62,257 bases of DNA from positions 8,845,472-8,907,728 of the forward strand of contig NW_003526943.1 of NCBI RefSeq assembly GCF_000181795.1. Direction: 5' to 3'. How positions within the stretch are numbered: the stretch's first letter is position 1; each line of letters starts with the position of its first letter. Below the pieces are notes generated by a model. The model did not search any database, was not told the DNA's origin, and worked only from the letters and a program-made list of their open reading frames with translations. The DNA is from Trichinella spiralis (Eukaryota). Made by a program: the position numbers and the translations under genes. Shown in pieces: positions 1-13,627 of this stretch.

Positions 1-3000
1 TAAAAAAAAATTCGTCGTATACTCACAGCCACGCCTTCTGTAACTCTCCGTTGACCAATAACGTCTGGTTGGTTCAGTTGAAAGCTGATGATCGGTTTGT
101 TTTTTCGTCGAAGATGCCGTGGTCGAGTCCAACAGAATTTGATTGTTGGTTTCCATTCGATTTTGTTGAAAATCTAAACCAATAAAATAATAAAAGAGAA
201 ATTAAAAAAGAATTATATATACTTACACGCACCGACCGGCAGAAATTCTTTTTGCTTCATCAGTACAATTACAGGCAATTCAGATCCGTGCATATTTTCG
301 AAATGATCAGAAATGTATGACGAATGCAAATTCGAACAGCAGAACTGTTCACAGGGAAGTTTGTTGCACGGGACACTGAGCGGCACCACCGTGTCCGGCT
401 TGTATTGCAAATCCGGTGCCGAAGTCACTTGCATGGACACTGGATAGCAAATGGATATTATTAATTAATAATGCAATAATTGATTAAATGTGCAAAAGAA
501 AATTACTCAATCCGAGATTGGGAAAAGCATCGGCTTCGGCGGCTAATTCGATTTCAGTTTTCAACCGATTCGGCAACGAAACCGACAAAATGTCGTGATT
601 TCTCATCGAGTGTCGTTTGTGCCAGTCGAGCACGTAAAGCGTCGCCATGGAAATCAAGCAAAACGTCATCACCAGTACGAGTACAACAATGGTCGCTTGG
701 ATCACTTTGTTGCTGCACAGACCACGATCAACGGCCACACGACCACCGCCACATCGGTGTTTGTTGTAACTGAAAATGGAATTGGATTAATTTCAAATAT
801 CTCTGTATTTCCTTATTTATGCAAATTTTGACAATTACAAATAATTCTTGCGATCACGATTGGAGGCGGCATATTTGGATTTAGCATCGCTGTAGCGATT
901 TCCAACTTTACCAACGCCGCCAGATTCCGCTTGTGAACCAGAAGGAGCGGTCATTACTGAACTTAAACTGCACGACAAAACGGAACTAAAACGAATACAT
1001 GTATATGATGCATACAGAATGATTCTTTTTTTTTCTTTCTTTTTGCATAAATGAATCAAAATAAAAGTCTTCTTCCTACCCTTCACCAAAGGTACTCAAC
1101 GAAGAACGCATCGAATCGAATCGTTTCAACTTGTTCAATTTGGATAATTTTTTGCTAATTTTCTCAACCTCGTCAATTTTGTATTCCAAATTTCCCGTCA
1201 ATCGGCAAAGTTCTTTCACAGCGGCGGCGCTTTCATAAAATATCCTACTCTGAAAAAGGGGAAAATGGGGGATTATCAATATTAATCGAATAAAAATATT
1301 ACACAACAATAACAACAACAGAGCATACATACATCGTCTACTGTCAAAAATTCTCCGTTGCTTTTCACGGCGTCCGGCAGAACGTCGTTCACTTCTTGTG
1401 CAATCACGCCAACCCGCTGGCAGTCCTCAGCCGGAAGCTGCCACTGTTGCGATACTTCGGGACGAATTTCATATTGAACAATTCGAATCTGCGACAATCT
1501 GGACAACGCTTCAGCACAGTTCACCTGAAATTGAATTTGAATCACAAACAAAATTTTCTTTTTTTTTAAAAAAAATAATAAATTCACCTCTTTTATATTT
1601 TGCTTCAGCCTCGCATCCGAAGGGTGATACAAATTGCCAGTGCAAGATATATCGCCGGAAACTGTCAACGCTGCAGTCGGTCGATCAGTTCCAACTCCAA
1701 CAGGACCCTGTAAAAGTGAAAAAAAATTTCCAATAAGTATGCATAACTGTAAGCGAAGATATATATAATTGAGAAATTACCGGGTGAAATATTGAATTAT
1801 TCACTTGTCCTTTTTGCCAATGAGTTTCCGTCTCACCATTATCAAATTGACCAGGATTGGAAGCCTGAAGACAAACAACCAAAGAAAATTATATTAATAT
1901 ACTACAAAAAAAAGATTACAATATATGCTTACTCGAACAATCACTTTCTCGGAATTGTACGCCAAGATGGTGTACTTTTCACCGTTCGGAGTGACCGCAC
2001 TCAACGCCACCACCAGATAGAAATACTTTTGATCCGGGTTCGGTCGACCGTTTTTTCTCTGATTATTCATTGTCGTTTCACTGAAATGCAGCCTGGCAAC
2101 GGTCACTTTGGTTACTCGGTTTGGAGGAAGATCAAGTCTGAAATTTGAAATTTTTATTGCAACTAAAAAAAAAGAATTCTCTCTTCTTTATATTTTCTTA
2201 CTTGACCGGCTCGTAAGCTACAGGTTTTCGATCAGTTTGAGATTGCTTGATTTGCACTACACTACTGGGCATTTCGCTCTGAAATTTCAAACAAAAATTA
2301 CAATTATTCATAATCAAGCGCTATTTATTATTATTAATAACCTTAACACCGTAGAAATCCAACTGAAATTCTTTGATTTGCTTCAAAGTGACCACATTGT
2401 CGGTCAAAACTTGAACAAATTTCGGTGCCTGACGATCTCGAACTTCAATATGTACAGAAATCTGAATAAAAGAAGTTTTATTCTCTGCAAAAGAAAAAAT
2501 ACAGTGTCTGTCCATTTGAAAAACCCACTTGAAAATGATTCTTCTTCTGATTGACAAAAGTACAATCAAATTGACTGTAATTGAATCCTTTGTCGGCAAC
2601 GACATGCAGTCCAATATGCGATCTGAAAATTTACTTATTTTATTTGAAAGAAGAAAAAAATTAATCAAAACGAATTACAATTCTCGACCGTTGGCATCGC
2701 ACAAATTATGCCAGTGTTCCTTTTGAAATTCGGTAAAACGAATCGCCTGATGCGACACTGTGTCATCGAAATATCCACCATCTTCCGGAACACAAGGCAA
2801 CGGTGATGCTGAACAATTTTTTAAAATTAAATCAAAATGACAAATATTAAACAAAAACATCATCAAAGTTGGTAAAACTTACGCAAAGGCTCTGCCTTTG
2901 ACAAATGAATATCTTGCCGAGACCGTTTTCGCTGAATACCGTTGTCTCTGCAAAAGCTGAATTATATATAATATACATATATAACAAAAACCAAAAGAAG

Positions 3001-4413
3001 AACACATCAAATAACAATGACAACAAGTACCCTACGAAGCCCGGATGATGTCCATTACGAGAAGGTGGTATTGAATATGAGGGGAAATTGGGAGCCATCG
3101 AAGGAGAATGAACAACAGGCGGAGGAGCGGTTGGATTTGGATAAAAGTTAGCAGTATTCAACTGACCATTGACAAGATCATTCATGCCAACCTGAAAACG
3201 AAAAGCCAAAATGTAAAATAGTAATTTCAAATTGTTCAAAAAAACAAATTACCCTATCCGGTGGTACATGCTGAGCCATGTAATCATTGGGGATTTGGTG
3301 TGGCATGTCCAAATTGTGCACGTCCAAAATTACACCAGGTTGTATAACTTCTTGTCCTTGAACAGCATTCATCATTGGAGGTTGAATAATCACTGAACCT
3401 TCAAATGATACGAAAAAAAAGAAAAGCCGATGATGAAAAATAACTGCAAAAAAAGAACAATGCATCAATTTACCGTTGTAATTTTGATAGCCCGGCGAGT
3501 AGGGAGATCCATCAGAGCCGGATGGACTTCCGGCAGATCCAGCGCCTGAATCGGTTTCCGGCGGACTTTCCGGCAACCTTCTAAAAAAAGGAAGAGTAAA
3601 TTGAAATAAACGGGTGCAAAATAATAATAATAATAATAATAACAAGTATATTACGTATTATTGGGTCGGTAAGAAATGTTCCTCTTCAACTGGTGGTGGT
3701 GATGGTGCGTGGCAACGTTCGGCGGCTGTATCAATCCCACCATATTTTGGTTGGGATTTTGCTGGCCGTAAACCATAATCACGTCAGTTTCCATTTTAAC
3801 CTCCGGTTTACAACTGACACCAGTTCTAAATTGGCAAATAAAAATTGAAATGTAGATTCAAAAAAGAAATCATTCATCATATATATATATTTTTTTTTAA
3901 TTGCTAAAGAATTTTAAAAATATCAAAGTAAAAACTTGAATTTTCAATCAGAAAAGATTACTGTAATAAACGTATTACATTAATAATAGCAGTGAGGCAG
4001 TTAGTCAAGTCAGAGTATGCCTAGCCACAGCACAACAGAGGGAAAAGGAGCAAGCGACAGAGAGACAGTAAGGAAACAAAACAGCAAAAAGAGAAATGAA
4101 AAAACAAAAAAGCCACAATTGTGAAAAGCAGTTCAACGAAAAATGACAACGTCAACCTTGACCCTATAGAGAAAACTGAAAAATGAAACAGCCTTGAGAA
4201 CTGTGCAACAGACATTCTTTTTTTCTGTGTTGAAAAAAATTGAAACTACAGTAGGAAACAGCAACGACGATCATATATATATATATAAGCATGCATCACA
4301 GAACACAGACAAACAGACAGACAGACGCACCCAAACAGCCCGGTATGCAGAACATACTGACAGAATTTACTTTTTTTTGAAAGCATACAAAAACATAAAA
4401 TCACACATCAGTA

Positions 4414-4460
<47 letters not shown>

Positions 4461-7400
4461 CCCAAAAACTGTCTCCAAATACATAATTAATACTAGATTA
4501 AAAAAACAAAAAGAAATTATAATTTTCACAAAATTATTATTTTTCGAATGAATTGAAAATCCCATGATATCGAAGATGAAAAAAAAAATAATAACACAGA
4601 ATATGTGAACAACATGAAATACAAGGAAATTGAATAGTTTTGTGCGAATTCCGCCCCCCCCCCATCCCAACAACTACTAATAAGTGCTAAAGTTCGTTTA
4701 ATAACAAACAAGAATTGAATTCGTGCATTCAATTTTCACATTGAAGACTAGTTATTATTAATATTTATTGTAAAAAAAAACGATCCAAAATTGTTTGTAC
4801 AAGCCAGTGCAAAAAATAACTATTACTGTACAAAAAAAAAACAAAAGAAAAAGCAAGCTTCCGGGAAGCAAACTTCAAACAAAAGCAATCGAAAAATAAT
4901 GAACCAATTCAGTTTAAAATTAAAAAAATTTAAATCTAAAATATCATAAAATAAATTATTATATTATTAAAAAGAAGTGTAGAGAAAAATTAATTATTTT
5001 ACTTATTATTTAAAAGAAGATTAAATGAAAAAGAATTTTCAATGATGTAATAATGCTCAACTTACACGTGCTCGCCATTTTCAGCAGTAGTAGCTGCGTC
5101 CGAATTCAGGTATTCAATAATATCAATATGTCCTTTTAAAAGTGCTCGAAAATTATCCACACCTGAAATTAAACAAAAAAAATATATACATATATGCAAA
5201 TATGCAATACAATATCCACATTCATATCAATATATGTACTGTAAGAAGAATGTGAAAAAGTGTTGCTGTTGTTGTTGTTGTTGTTGCTGCTGCTGTTCAG
5301 CTTGAAGATAATTAATTATGAAAAACAAAGAAAAATGAAATAAAAAAATTTCCCAGGGAAAAGAGGCAGTGGAAGAAGCGTGAGAAGCGCATGGATATTG
5401 AGCATCAACGAGAGGCGGTCGCCCAAAGGCTGAGGATGCCAGGCTCCGGGTGACACAAGTATGTCGTCAGTGATCAGGCATCACACATCGTTTCAACGTG
5501 CACAAACTCGGCCAGCGTGAAATTGGCCTTCTTGAAATTGTTGCTGCTGCTCGCGCACGAGATGTTCCAAAAATATGCAATATTCAGGGACAAGCAACAA
5601 ACAACCGCCAAGGACTGATATGCGATCATTTTTCAAAACGGCACAAAAAAGAAAAGAAAACAATAAAAGAAATATTAAAATTTATTTTTCTCTTTTTTCC
5701 TAACAACTGTTGATTCAAAAATAATAGCTTGAAAAATGACATTTGATCAAACTATTAAATATCGGATTAAAATGAAAAAATAAAACAAATAAATAAATAA
5801 TAACGATGCAGAATAATTTTTCTCTTCCGAAAATAAAATACTGACCAATAAAAAAATTTAACAAAAATACTGAAACAAAAAATAATCTGTCATTTTTTAT
5901 TCATTCTGTGTGCGTGGCAAAAATTTCAAAAGTTCAGATTTCAAATGCAATTCAAAAATCCGCTTCCCTGAACTCTATCTAACGCGAAAATTCAAAAAAA
6001 AATTTTCCCCAATACACAAAACACACCGTAATATCCAGTAAAAGAAAAATTAATTATCAACAAAATAATAATAATAATCAAAAATAATTTTAAAAAATAT
6101 ATACAAACAATAATACCGTTGAAATATGATAATCAAGAAGAATTGAAAAAACATTTTCACACGTCGAGAAGATAAATGCAGACATAATTCATGCAACAAA
6201 TTCCCCCCTCCCCTTTTGCTGAATGTTCATTCAAAATTAGCTAAAATTAAATTATGGCATATTTTTTGTTGTTGTTGTCGTTTGTCTAAATAGTTCACTG
6301 TGTTAAAAGTGATCACTTGTGTAGTTCTTCATTCTGTGCAAAGTAGGTATTTATTAACAGTATGAAAAAAAACCAGAAGAAAAACATCGAGGACAATTTA
6401 CTTCTTCATCAAAAAAAACTGATTTATTTTCTTTAATTTTATTGACAAAAAATGAACGTCTGGCTTGTATATTTTCTTAAATAGTAATAATTTGAAAAAA
6501 GATTATTAAAATTATGAAAAACAATATGCATAAACATAGGCAGGTGGGATGAAAATATGGTAGACATGCTGTTTTGCAAATGCAGCTGGTAATGAAAGAG
6601 GCGAGTTTTTCACAAGATAGCATTTATTGTGCATGTCTGCTACTACTAGAAGCGCGGCCGCGGCCGTGCCAGCTTCCAACTGGCGCGCAGTTGGTTAGCT
6701 TGGGTCGAAGAAGGGAAACAAACAAACAAACAAACAAACACCACACGAACATTTATGAAAATCAACCAAAAACAAAAACAAACAAATAAACAAACAAAAA
6801 TGGAAGATGTTTTTCTTCCTGTAGAATTTCTACATACATAATTTTCATTTTATTCATTTTTTTAAGACAAACAATTTACCAACGCAATGTTAATAATAAT
6901 AAATTTCAACTATTTCAAATAACATATTCCTCTTTTCATAATTTTTAAAACTTGCCCAGTTACACAACAACAAAAGAAAATTGCTGTTAAAGCTTAATTT
7001 ACATACACGCATACGCCCCCTAAAATTAAATGACATCTTTATGAAAAGAATAAAAAAGAAATAATTGAACTGAAATTTAATATTTTCAAGCAACCAAATA
7101 AATGACTATCAAACAAATGCTGAATTAAATGATTATACAAAATAATAACTTTTAAAAAATTATGATTTTAAAGTAATATTGTCTAGCAGACTGTGCGTGA
7201 TCTATGAAATACGATTAGCAAACAGACCTGCATGTATTTGAAGAAGGTTCAATTCAACCGTCCGTACTCCTTATACACGTGGAAGTGAAGTACAGAAGCA
7301 ACAACAACAACAACAACAACATAAGCACATTTACATCACAAACAATCATTGCAGAAAAAAACAAAAACAAAAAAATGAATATTCAAATAATCAACTTGGA

Positions 7401-10331
7401 ATGCATAATATTAACTGAGAAGGGATTGAGTTGGTTGGATTTGTTAGTGAAAATTATTGAAAGCAAAAGCTGACAACAACAACAACAACAACAACAAATA
7501 CAGCTTTTCAATGCTTCAAGTGCTCAAAGGCCTTCACAACGAAAACAGTAGCGCCATGCAAACTGTCGCTGATCAAGCACAAAAGCATCCAAATGGTAAC
7601 ACATAAACTATTATGACCTGGAAACCTGAGCATGCATAGCACAGCCTGGTACAGCAATGACACACCGACAAGAGTATTGAACTACAACTAACGACTAAAG
7701 TTTTCAACCTGAATCACCATCATCATAATGCAAAATTATTCAATACATAATTCTGTAACAAAATCATAGTTATACACACCCACACACCCACTTTTACATG
7801 GATACATGCATATTAACACCGTATGCACATTGTATTTAAATTTAAATAATTATTACAAAATAAAAAAAGAATATCAAAAGTATCGCATAAAAAATATCCC
7901 ACCTTTCAACAGACAACCTACAATATTATTAACATAATCGTCTGGGTAGATTTAAAATTAAAAAAAAAACAATTAATAAAAAAAATTGTGCACTGTTGTG
8001 TATGCAAGCTGTGAAAAAAATGAAAAAACAAAATCGGCTAAACAACAAAGATACAACAAGAATAATACAACATAACACACGCCATTATGCACATCTGAAT
8101 GAGAATAAAAAAAGGAAAAGCTTTTTATTACGAGATGCTAAAAACTTCCGCATCGTACCACTTATTCCATTTTACATTGGAGGAAATTCACTTCATCCGT
8201 TTCAGATTATTTATTTTTGAAATTCAATTTCGAGATAAAAAAAAATAGGGGAAAAATGAATTAAACAATAATAATAAATTTCCTGGCTTTCTTGAAACAA
8301 GTGAAAACTTTCCATATCAAAAACACACATGCATGCGCGACAATCACGCAAATTTTCATCATAATGCAATAATAATAATAAGGAAAATAGTCATTTTCAA
8401 ATGAACAGAAATCTTGCACATTTATTAAAATTAATAATTAATTTCTCATCATACTGTGAAAATTATTTACAATAATTTATGATTACTGCATATCTGATAA
8501 GAACTATCAGAAAAGTATACATATTTTTATTAAACTGATTTGTATTTTTTAAAAAAGAGTTGGAAAATTTACAATTGCAATTAAAAATTAATTTCGATCA
8601 AACGTAGAAAAAATGCACACTTTATACATATACATTCTAAAGTAGTGTATGTTTGATTTGATTTGAAAATGCATATTTTTTTTGGCAACACACATAACGT
8701 TTGTACGTGTTTGTGTTGAAATGCATAAATAATAATTTAATCAAATTTACAAAAGCAACCAGCACAGATTAACACGACAACAGAGAGAACAAATAAATGT
8801 ACACTGTCAAAGTATATGAAATGGGTTTATTTGAACAGATTTAATGCTTGCAGATTTCAAAATCTCAAATGAACCCAACGCACCCATTGACCACCAGAGT
8901 GAGCAGCATTTATTTGTTCACTTTTAGAAACGAATACGAACAAATATGCCAAAAGAATAAACTTTGATATCAGGATAAAGAAAACAACAACAACAACAAC
9001 ACCCAAACGAAATGCAAAATCACAATAAATTCTATGTGGAAGTTGATCTCAGATGGATAAAATAAAAGGGGAAAAATTATTATTATTTTTTTCCCATACT
9101 CAGCTAGAAATGAATGCCAACTAAATTTTCTTATATTAATTATAAAATTTTAATATAAACAATTATCAGCATGTGATGCTTGCAATTTTCCACGAAACGG
9201 AAGCCAGTAATAATTTGACTGAAAACAAGAAGAGTTTGCTATGATCTTGTTTGATGGACGGAATCAATAAACACAACGGTCATAACGTCCGGAGCCACCA
9301 TTACTACTCTGTTTGATTAATTCATCAACGCGCATAGGCGAGATCAATCAAATTAAAAAGAGGAAGGCGAGATGAAATCAAAAGAGGCTTATGATTTGCA
9401 AGCATGGGCAATCGTTCTTCGCAGTAATTTGATGTTAGCTTAAAACTTCATTTCAACTTCACATCCTATATGACAAACAAATCTTGCAAACATCATTTTA
9501 AGAAAAAAAATTTCTTCAACCGCTCGAAAATCATCAGCCTTTTTCAAAAATAACAAAAAAAAACATGCTACGATCCAACATGAAATGTACTACAACAATA
9601 TACAATATTACATTTCATATTTCGAAATATTAATATGATAAAAGCAACTGGGAGCTAATGAAAAGAAAAGAAAAAATCAAAAGTTCTGATTTAATCTTGT
9701 ACAAGCAATCATCTGCTCAGCTGTTTACGTTAACATAGACATAAAAACTTCAACATGCCCAAGTGACCAGACAGCTGCACATTTTATAAAGCACTTCCGT
9801 TTGGAAATAATCTCAAAATTTATTTGCTATTAATTGATACTGTATCACTTCTTCAAGATAGATTAAAAAAAACAAAACAGATTACAAATGCTCCTCTTCA
9901 ACACTGGATGGAGTTGTAAAATGCATTACCACAAATTCGATTCAGCAGTGCAAAAATCGCTTTCGCCTAACGCTCAACAAACTCAACAATATTGCATCAA
10001 TTCAACATGTTTGTGCAACGCAAAAAAATATAAAACTGATCGAAACGTTCATCACGTGCAACAGCGGTATAATTTTACTGCCAGAAAAATTTGTAATGTA
10101 TGCTGCCAATCTGGTAATATCAGTTACACGAATTTGCGGAAAAAGTAAACAATTTTTAACTGATATGGTAAACACAATTCATGTTGATATGTTGAAATAT
10201 AATATTAAAAAATTCAACTCCTATATCAGGGTGAAAATAGATAGACAAACAGAAACGGTTTGGTTTTCATGCAAAACAACAATCTTACCTGGCTGCAAGC
10301 CTCCTTCTGCGACACTTTGCGGTTCAGTCAT
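1..10331 (-). CDS. MYRF: Myelin regulatory factor (Ndt80-type DNA-binding domain, ICA autocleavage domain, TM helix); multi-exon, 3' end beyond the window
   Basis: Exon peptides: [34 protein letters not shown] and ASNPGQF (DNA-binding domain), [18 protein letters not shown] and RVGVIAQEV (ICA), [23 protein letters not shown] (coiled coil), [27 protein letters not shown] (TM). Phase-compatible upstream exons at about 5066-5162 ([19 protein letters not shown]) and 10289-10331 ([15 protein letters not shown]|gtaag). The 5' exon is less certain than the gene identity. Confidence 0.93.
4414..4457. repeat. (AAT)n microsatellite in a MYRF intron
   Basis: About 14 AAT units; source of the spurious poly-Leu ORF 4401-4673. 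Confidence 0.85.
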
Positions 10332-11670
10332 TAGTCCCGATAACAAGTAAAAAATATACACGCATCAATATGTGGGAGGTAAAAAAGATGCTAACCCAAA
10401 ATTATTATCTTTTACTTCAATAATACAGAACTTGGATAATGCCAGATGCACACATCTGTCAAACCTAAGATACAGTAGAATAAAATGAGAAGTAGGCAAC
10501 AGGAAGTAAATTGAAATAAGCAACCGTAAAATATAGCATGATAATGTTAATATTTCACTCATTTTAATAAATTAATTGATTCTGATTTATTTAAATTTTA
10601 AATATTTTTCTTAAAAAGTATATTTATTTGTCTCATTCCTCAGAAAATTTATCACGTAGATATTATATTTGCATTAATGTTATTACTAAAATTGTTGAAA
10701 AACAATATTTTCATTCATTTCATTAATTTTTGTAATTTATTTTTAAGATTCTACTTTGAATTTAATAGCTAAATATCAGAGGCTACTGTAATCAGCTGAA
10801 AACAGATCTTCAAGTTAAAGGCAAAATGAAAATGCACATATTTTTAATATTCATCTTAAAAATTCGAATTAACTGTAACTTTTATGACATTTACACTGGT
10901 ACAACTAAGGGAATTCACTTAGTTTGATTTTCAATGTGGCGCGATTCGAAAATACGCTTTTCAGTAAAACTTTCTCAAATGAAACTGCTGCGGTGATTGA
11001 ACCACTTTATTTAGTTAAACGTTTGGACAAATTTTTTTTGGTAAATTGAGTGAATGCTTCATTTTGAAGAACTTACGACAATCAAACATATCACATGACC
11101 GAGTAAACAAACAAAAGCTGAAAACTACAAGCACTTCAAACTAACGTGCTATAAAAATAAAACTTTTAGGCAACTGCTAATACCTGTTTTCTTTACCTTT
11201 CTCCTTTTTATTGTATGCTATTTTCAAGTTCGAATAACATAGTTATCTCAATAAATCTATTTGTTGCAAGTACAATAGCATCTGAATATGGAAAGGATAG
11301 TACTTATTATGACACAAAAATGTATTTGGAAGTTGTTAATTTTCCTTCTGAAATTCCTTAAAAAATACAAAAATCATACAAAGACGATTTTTAAATCACA
11401 TACCTTTGATAATAATTTACTTATTGATGCGGCATGAACCATTACATTTCCATAATATAACATTTAAAAGTTGCTTATCGATACGTAACAGCTGTAGAAA
11501 TTTGAAAAAGTGGAAAACCTACTTTGTAACGAAATTACGCATTCACATAACTTGCATAATTCTTATGAGCATAAATGCACAATTATTCTTTCATAGAGAA
11601 GAATATCTCTGAAAATTTACGCACAGTAATTAAAAACTTTCATTTCCGCTAAACTGATAACAAATATTAG

Positions 11671-13109
11671 TGTTACGGTTTGTCAGCATAAAGAGAACAA
11701 CACTTGTAATAAACGTTTACAGTAGTTTATTTGGGCACAATAAAACAAACAAATAATAACCAAGACACGCGAACCACTTACGCCGCTAACTCATACCAGT
11801 TATTCTTTTACCGTATTTCCTTCCGGTGAATTTCGTACATGATTTTCAGACATACTACACTTTCTCGACTTTTAGAAGAAAATTATCCAAATACTTCGGT
11901 TTCTTACGAATTCCATTTGATTCTTCAATTATTTCTTTTCCTTCTTTAATATGTGCGGTCTCGGTGTTCTCTACATCTTCTTCTTCCCCTCCTTCTTATG
12001 ATACTTCTTCACGTGTAAGCATAGAATCACGAAGATCTCGTACTTGAGCTACTTTTCCAGGCATCCATCTGGGTCCGGTCCCATAACTTCTCCATAGAAC
12101 TGTATCACCGACTGACAGATTTCTATCTTTCATCCGTTTTCTTTCATTTATGGTTTCTGACATTTCCGTCAGTGATTTCTCTTTTACTTTGGGGTGATTT
12201 GAATCTCCTACCTGAAGCTGTTGCCTCCATTCGGGTGGAATGTTTTCGATTGCTGGGCGTATAAGCCTTTTATCAATCTTGAATCTTAAGAATGACACTG
12301 CCTCCATCGCAAACTGGTATTTCAGTCTATTCAACGGGAGTCCAGCTTCCCTGAGTCGTTGTAAAACTGCTCGCAGTCGTTCCTAATGCTCTGCTTCATC
12401 TTCTACCGCTATCAAGATGCCATCTAATTACACTGCTGTGCCTTTCAAATTTGGCAAGACTGACTCCATTAATCTTCTGAAGATGGTTGGCGCTGATGCA
12501 CTGCCAAAAGGAAGTCTATGTATTTTGTATAAGCCACGGTGTGTATTTAAAGTAAGCACTTGGGACGTTGACTCATTTACTCGAACTTGTGTAAGCTGTA
12601 TCCAAACCTAATTTTGGGAAGAACTTTCCTCCTGCCGTTCTGCCAAAACTTCGTTAATTGTTGGTAAAGGGTACACATCATCAGACTTTATGGATGAATT
12701 CACTGCTTTGTTGCTTTGTAATCGCCACACAGCCGAATTTTACCATTTCCTTTTACCACTGGTACTACGGGTGATGCACATTCTGAATAGTTGGTTGGAT
12801 CGAACACTTTTTCTTCTACCAACCTACCTTTCTAGAGCGACTCTGCTTCCGCTTTACTTTTCAACGCAAATGGAAGTGGTCTATAACGCAGAAATTTTGA
12901 TTTCGCCTCCTTATCTAAAATTATTGATGCTAGTCGACCGGTATACTGACCCAGTTCTACATTGAGTTCTTTATCCAGTTGTTTATTTCGGCTCAATAAA
13001 AGGCACAACTAAGAACCAACACATGCGCCACTCACGCCGCCAATTCATACCAATTGTTCCTTTACCGTATTCTCTGTGAATTTTGTACCTGATTTTCAGA
13101 TATACTACA
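11671..13109 (-). mobile_element. Internally deleted Ty3/Gypsy-type LTR retrotransposon remnant
   Basis: Starts TGTTACGG, ends ACTACA, flanked by ATTAG on both sides (11666-11670 and 13110-13114). Direct repeats at about 11725-11859 and 12980-13109. Minus-strand RT fragments (VYPLPTINEVL; YKIHRLPFGSASAPTIFRRLMESVL...LDGILI, with stops) and an integrase C-terminal-like piece (LSVGDTVLWRSYGTGPRWMPGKV). Purine-rich GAGAAAG abuts the 3' LTR. Confidence 0.88.
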
Positions 13110-13627
13110 ATTAGTAACGAACAAAATGTAATTTTTTTAATCAGTGTACTTGGTTCTATTTACAGAATAAATTCTTTACTGTTATATTGGTGAAATTGAA
13201 AGCTGAACTCTTCATATGTTTGTAATATAACGTTTTCTGCGCTTACATTATTTAATATTTGAGTGAGTTCTGAAAATTGTCATATTCCATATATGAGTTC
13301 AATTTTAAATACGGTTGAAGAAATGGATTTTAGCTTCAATTGTTTTTTTGAATGTTGCATATTGAAAAAATATTTTTTAATACATTTTTATTATATTTCA
13401 TTTCATGTAAACGTAAACGCTAAAAGTAATTGTTATTATAAATGATGACGCTAAATTTGTATGCAGATATTTGCTTGAAGAATTAATTTGACAGCATTTA
13501 CGTTATGTAATGCAATAGGTTAGGAAGTAAAGATTTTTTTGACGTTATTTAACTTGTAGCTTAAAATTTTAAAGATGATTTTTTTGTTAATATTATCTGA
13601 TTGAATATTTTCAGCTTATTTAGGAAC

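Noticed and set aside
4021..10250. Short ORFs within MYRF introns
   Set aside because: Low-complexity products of AT-rich DNA and microsatellites, with no splice-consistent structure or homology.
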